A DNA stretch of 64,000 bases, taken from assembly GCA_963728405.1 (NCBI GenBank), contig CAVSJV010000003.1:192001-256000 (forward strand), written 5' to 3'. A program made the translations under genes and the position numbers. Below are positions 60,912-64,000 of this stretch, piece after piece (the first letter of the stretch is position 1; the number at the start of each line of letters is the position of its first letter). The notes under the pieces are model-generated. The model did not search any database. It was not told the origin of the DNA and saw only the letters and a program-made list of their open reading frames with translations. This DNA comes from Methanomassiliicoccaceae archaeon (GTDB taxonomy: Archaea; Thermoplasmatota; Thermoplasmata; Methanomassiliicoccales; Methanomassiliicoccaceae).

Positions 60912-61814
60912 ATGGCCGAAGACATAATGGACCTGGAGCAACTGGACCTGAAGAAGCGGGACTATGGCCAGACCATCCTCATCGTTGGGGTGGCGGTTGG
61001 AGCCCTATTGTTCGCCATAGGGTTCTTGGACGGGATAGGGGGCCTAGGAATGCCCTTTGAATGGATCGACTACCTGATACTCGGCCTAATGGCCATCACC
61101 GGGCCGTACGGCTTTTATCAATCCAACCGAAGGAAGAAGATCCGGGAGATCGAGGTCCGGCTGCCGGAATTCCTGAGGGATGTGGCCGAAGCCGGCCGTT
61201 TCGGCATGACCCTTGCCTCGGCCATCAAGGTCGCCTCCCGCGGCAAGTACGGGCGCCTCACCCCGGAGATACGCAGGATGGCCGCCCAGATCGACTGGGG
61301 CGTGCCTGCGTCGGAGGCCATGAGACTGTTCGCCGAAAGGGTGGACACTCCCCTAGTCAAGCGGATGACGTCCATCATTATCAAGGCCAATGACGCCGGC
61401 GGCTCGGTCGCCGATGTGCTGACCATGGTCGCTCACGACGCCCGGGAGACCATGCTCAACCAGACCGAGCGCAAGATCTCCATGTCGACCTACATGATGG
61501 TCATCTACATCGCCTTCGCAGTGTTCATCGCCACCATCTTCATTCTCAACACCACCTTCCTCCCGAAGATGATGGAGGCGGGTCAATCGGTGGCCGCGGG
61601 CGCCGAGAAGGCGGGCATAGATGTTAACAGCCTATCCACCATCCAGACGAGCGTAATACCAACGATTCAGCTGCTGTTCATCATCTCAGTCATGATCCAC
61701 GCGCTGGGCGACGGCATCCTGGCCGGAGTACTGGCGGACGGCCAGATATCTACAGGCATGAAGCATAGCTTCATCATGCTCCTGATCGGGCTGGTGGGCA
61801 CGAGGTTGATCTGA
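60912..61814 (+). CDS. TadC/T2SS-F family platform protein
   Basis: LPEFLRDVAE..GMTL, YGRLTPEI, AGGSVADVL. Confidence 0.88.
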   Translation: MAEDIMDLEQLDLKKRDYGQTILIVGVAVGALLFAIGFLDGIGGLGMPFEWIDYLILGLMAITGPYGFYQSNRRKKIREIEVRLPEFLRDVAEAGRFGMTLASAIKVASRGKYGRLTPEIRRMAAQIDWGVPASEAMRLFAERVDTPLVKRMTSIIIKANDAGGSVADVLTMVAHDARETMLNQTERKISMSTYMMVIYIAFAVFIATIFILNTTFLPKMMEAGQSVAAGAEKAGIDVNSLSTIQTSVIPTIQLLFIISVMIHALGDGILAGVLADGQISTGMKHSFIMLLIGLVGTRLI

Positions 61815-61815
61815 C

Positions 61816-63498
61816 ATGGACGAGGCAGTGAGGCAGGATGAGATAGAGCCCCTGTTCGAGGAGGAGCCCCGGGCCCGGAAGGAGAAGCTGACCCTGACGT
61901 CCAGATATCTCTCGTTCCTGGTGAAGGTCCGCAACAAGCCCATGCGGGTCCGATTACCCAGCGGGACCGCCGTGGAATCGACAATCATCACTGAAATTCC
62001 CCGAATCTCGGACCCCACCATCGAAGAGGTCGAGATCACCCCCATCGAGGAGCCGTACTCCTTCGTGCGCATCAACTACGATAGCACCGCCGGGGAGTAC
62101 CTTTACGAGGTCATCGAGCCCCGGCTGACCGAGGACGAGCAGAACATCCTTGACGTGCTGAAGGGCGCGCTCATTGTCTCCCTGAACCTGTCCGATACCC
62201 ATGATATGGAGGAGAAGCGGGCCGTGCTGAGCAAGGCCACCGACCGCCTGCTGACCAAGCTTGGGGTCACCTTGCACCCCGTGTCCCGCGAAAGGGTGAT
62301 CTACTATCTGCGCAGGGACTTCACTGGCTATGGGGTCATCAACATCATGATGGTCGACCCCAGCATCGAGGACTGCTCCTGCGACGGCGTGGACATCCCA
62401 TTGTACATCTACCACCGCAAGTACGGCAGCATCAAGAGCAACATCCGGTTCGATAGGGAGGACGAGCTGGACGCCTACGTCGTCTGGCTGGCCCAGAAGT
62501 GCGGAAAGCATATCTCGGTGGCGAACCCGCTGCTGGATGCCACCATCCCCGACGGCTCCAGGCTTAACGCCACGCTGGGGAAGTATGTCACCAAGAGGGG
62601 TTCGACCTTCACTATCCGGCGTTTCAAGGACAACCCATTCACACCGGTGGACCTGCTGAAGTTCAAGACCATGTCCACCGAGATGATGTCGTACCTATGG
62701 ATATCGGTAGAGTTCGGCTCATCCATGCTGGTCTGCGGTGGCACCGCCTCTGGTAAGACCACCACGCTCAACGCCATCCTGCTATTCATCCCGCCCCAGA
62801 TGAAGATCGTTAGCATCGAGGACACCAGGGAGCTGAACCTTCCGCACGAGAACTGGATCCCCGGCCTTACCAGAGAAGGGTTCGGGGGCAAGACCGGGAC
62901 CAATAACGGTACTATCAACATGTTCGACCTGCTCACAGCCGCGCTGAGGCAAAGACCCCAGTACCTGATGGTAGGTGAGGTCAGGGGCAAGGAAGCATAC
63001 GTCGTGTTCCAAGCTATGGCCACCGGGCACATATCGTACTCGACATTCCACGCTGAGGACGTCCAGGCCATGGTCCATCGTCTGGAGAACGAGCCCATCG
63101 ATCTGCCCCGAGCGTTGCTCACCGCCCTTAACCTGGTAATGCTCCAAGGGCAGGTGAAGGTAGGCACCAAGATGACCAGGCGGGTCAAAGGTCTGACCGA
63201 GATCGTGGGCATGGACCCCGAGACCGGGGAGCTCATAACCAACTCGGTGTTTTCCTGGAACCCCGCCGACGACAGCTTCACCTACTCCGGCCACTCCTAC
63301 ATCTATGAGAAGGTCCGCGCGGTGCGTAACTGGTCCCCCCGGGAGATGGAGCGGGAGGTCAAGAGACGCATCGACATCCTGGAGTACATGAAGAAGATCG
63401 GTGTCAACAACTATCGCCAGGTGGCCAAGATCGTCTCCGCCTACTACAAGGACCCCGAGAGGGTCCTGAAAGAGGTCAGGGAAAAGACGGCCGAGTGA
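61816..63498 (+). CDS. Type IV pilus/T2SS assembly ATPase
   Basis: GGTASGKTT, IEDTREL, LRQRP..VGEVRG, TGH..STFHA. Confidence 0.92.
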   Translation: MDEAVRQDEIEPLFEEEPRARKEKLTLTSRYLSFLVKVRNKPMRVRLPSGTAVESTIITEIPRISDPTIEEVEITPIEEPYSFVRINYDSTAGEYLYEVIEPRLTEDEQNILDVLKGALIVSLNLSDTHDMEEKRAVLSKATDRLLTKLGVTLHPVSRERVIYYLRRDFTGYGVINIMMVDPSIEDCSCDGVDIPLYIYHRKYGSIKSNIRFDREDELDAYVVWLAQKCGKHISVANPLLDATIPDGSRLNATLGKYVTKRGSTFTIRRFKDNPFTPVDLLKFKTMSTEMMSYLWISVEFGSSMLVCGGTASGKTTTLNAILLFIPPQMKIVSIEDTRELNLPHENWIPGLTREGFGGKTGTNNGTINMFDLLTAALRQRPQYLMVGEVRGKEAYVVFQAMATGHISYSTFHAEDVQAMVHRLENEPIDLPRALLTALNLVMLQGQVKVGTKMTRRVKGLTEIVGMDPETGELITNSVFSWNPADDSFTYSGHSYIYEKVRAVRNWSPREMEREVKRRIDILEYMKKIGVNNYRQVAKIVSAYYKDPERVLKEVREKTAE

Positions 63499-63499
63499 C

Positions 63500-63980
63500 C
63501 GGTCCGATCCGTCCCGGCCATAAACCCTTCTTCCTTATTCTCCGCCGGCATCCCAATAGGCATCCATCGATCGGTACCGCCATAGCCTCTATCCAGATGG
63601 TCATTCCGATCATGGCCAAGATCATTCAGACCCTCTAGCTCCTGAACGAAGAAGGTCAAGGCGATCGGAGCAACGAATGCCATGAACAGACCCACCGGGA
63701 AGAAGATCATTCCTTTCTTGAACTAGCCAGCAAAGAAATGGCCCATGCCTAGATGGAGAAAATGCCAGGCATGATGGCGAAGATCGGCATTGCCAACGGG
63801 CGGACCGAGGTCCGGGTTATCTTCCCGCAGCCAGCGCAGTAGCGGCCATAGAACGCAATGGGGGCGTGGCAGTCGGGGCACCCTATGATCACTCGCAAGC
63901 AGACCGCACTGGGTGTAGTACTTCGCTCCCTCCACATCATACATGCCGCAGTTGTGGCATTTGACGGTCTTTTTTGTGTA
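63500..63980 (-). pseudogene. Frameshifted double-zinc-ribbon membrane protein (boundaries approximate)
   Basis: KCHNCG..KYYTQCG and CPDCH..YCAGCG in different frames, followed by hydrophobic fragments. Confidence 0.45.
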
Positions 63981-64000
63981 CAGGATAGGGGACCGTTGAT

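Overview
GC-rich archaeal DNA, most consistent with a Methanomassiliicoccales (Thermoplasmatota) methanogen (GAGGTGA ribosome-binding sites, TATA-box promoters, Ech, HdrD-like protein, DUF531, DUF116, archaeal Lhr). Family assignments are from motif recognition only, without database searches. Many genes carry single-base frameshifts, probably assembly indels, and several true gene remnants are present. 0-23 kb is an accessory region: two MscS channels, aldo/keto reductases, an NYN-LOTUS protein, an orphan HTH-fused DNA methyltransferase and three IS200/IS605 (TnpB) remnants. 23-40 kb is an energy island: a six-gene Ech hydrogenase, two USPs, a Hyf-like Ehr complex whose large subunit lacks the Ni-binding cysteines and whose operon is interrupted by an intact-looking tnpB element, and a divergent ferritin-like/HdrD-like pair. 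41-47 kb is housekeeping (lhr, FAH family, rlmE, purM). The most striking locus is a four-gene operon at 47.5-51.7 kb encoding a TasA/camelysin-like subunit, SipW, a Kelch protein with a SipW-type N-terminal strand, and a membrane-anchored TasA-like protein with a cytoplasmic winged-HTH-like tail. It reads as a complete tip-shaft-base donor-strand filament system. The window ends with a bacterial-type DHS-like gene, a coiled-coil KaiC/RAD55-like ATPase, tRNA-Phe and a type IV pilus-like locus.
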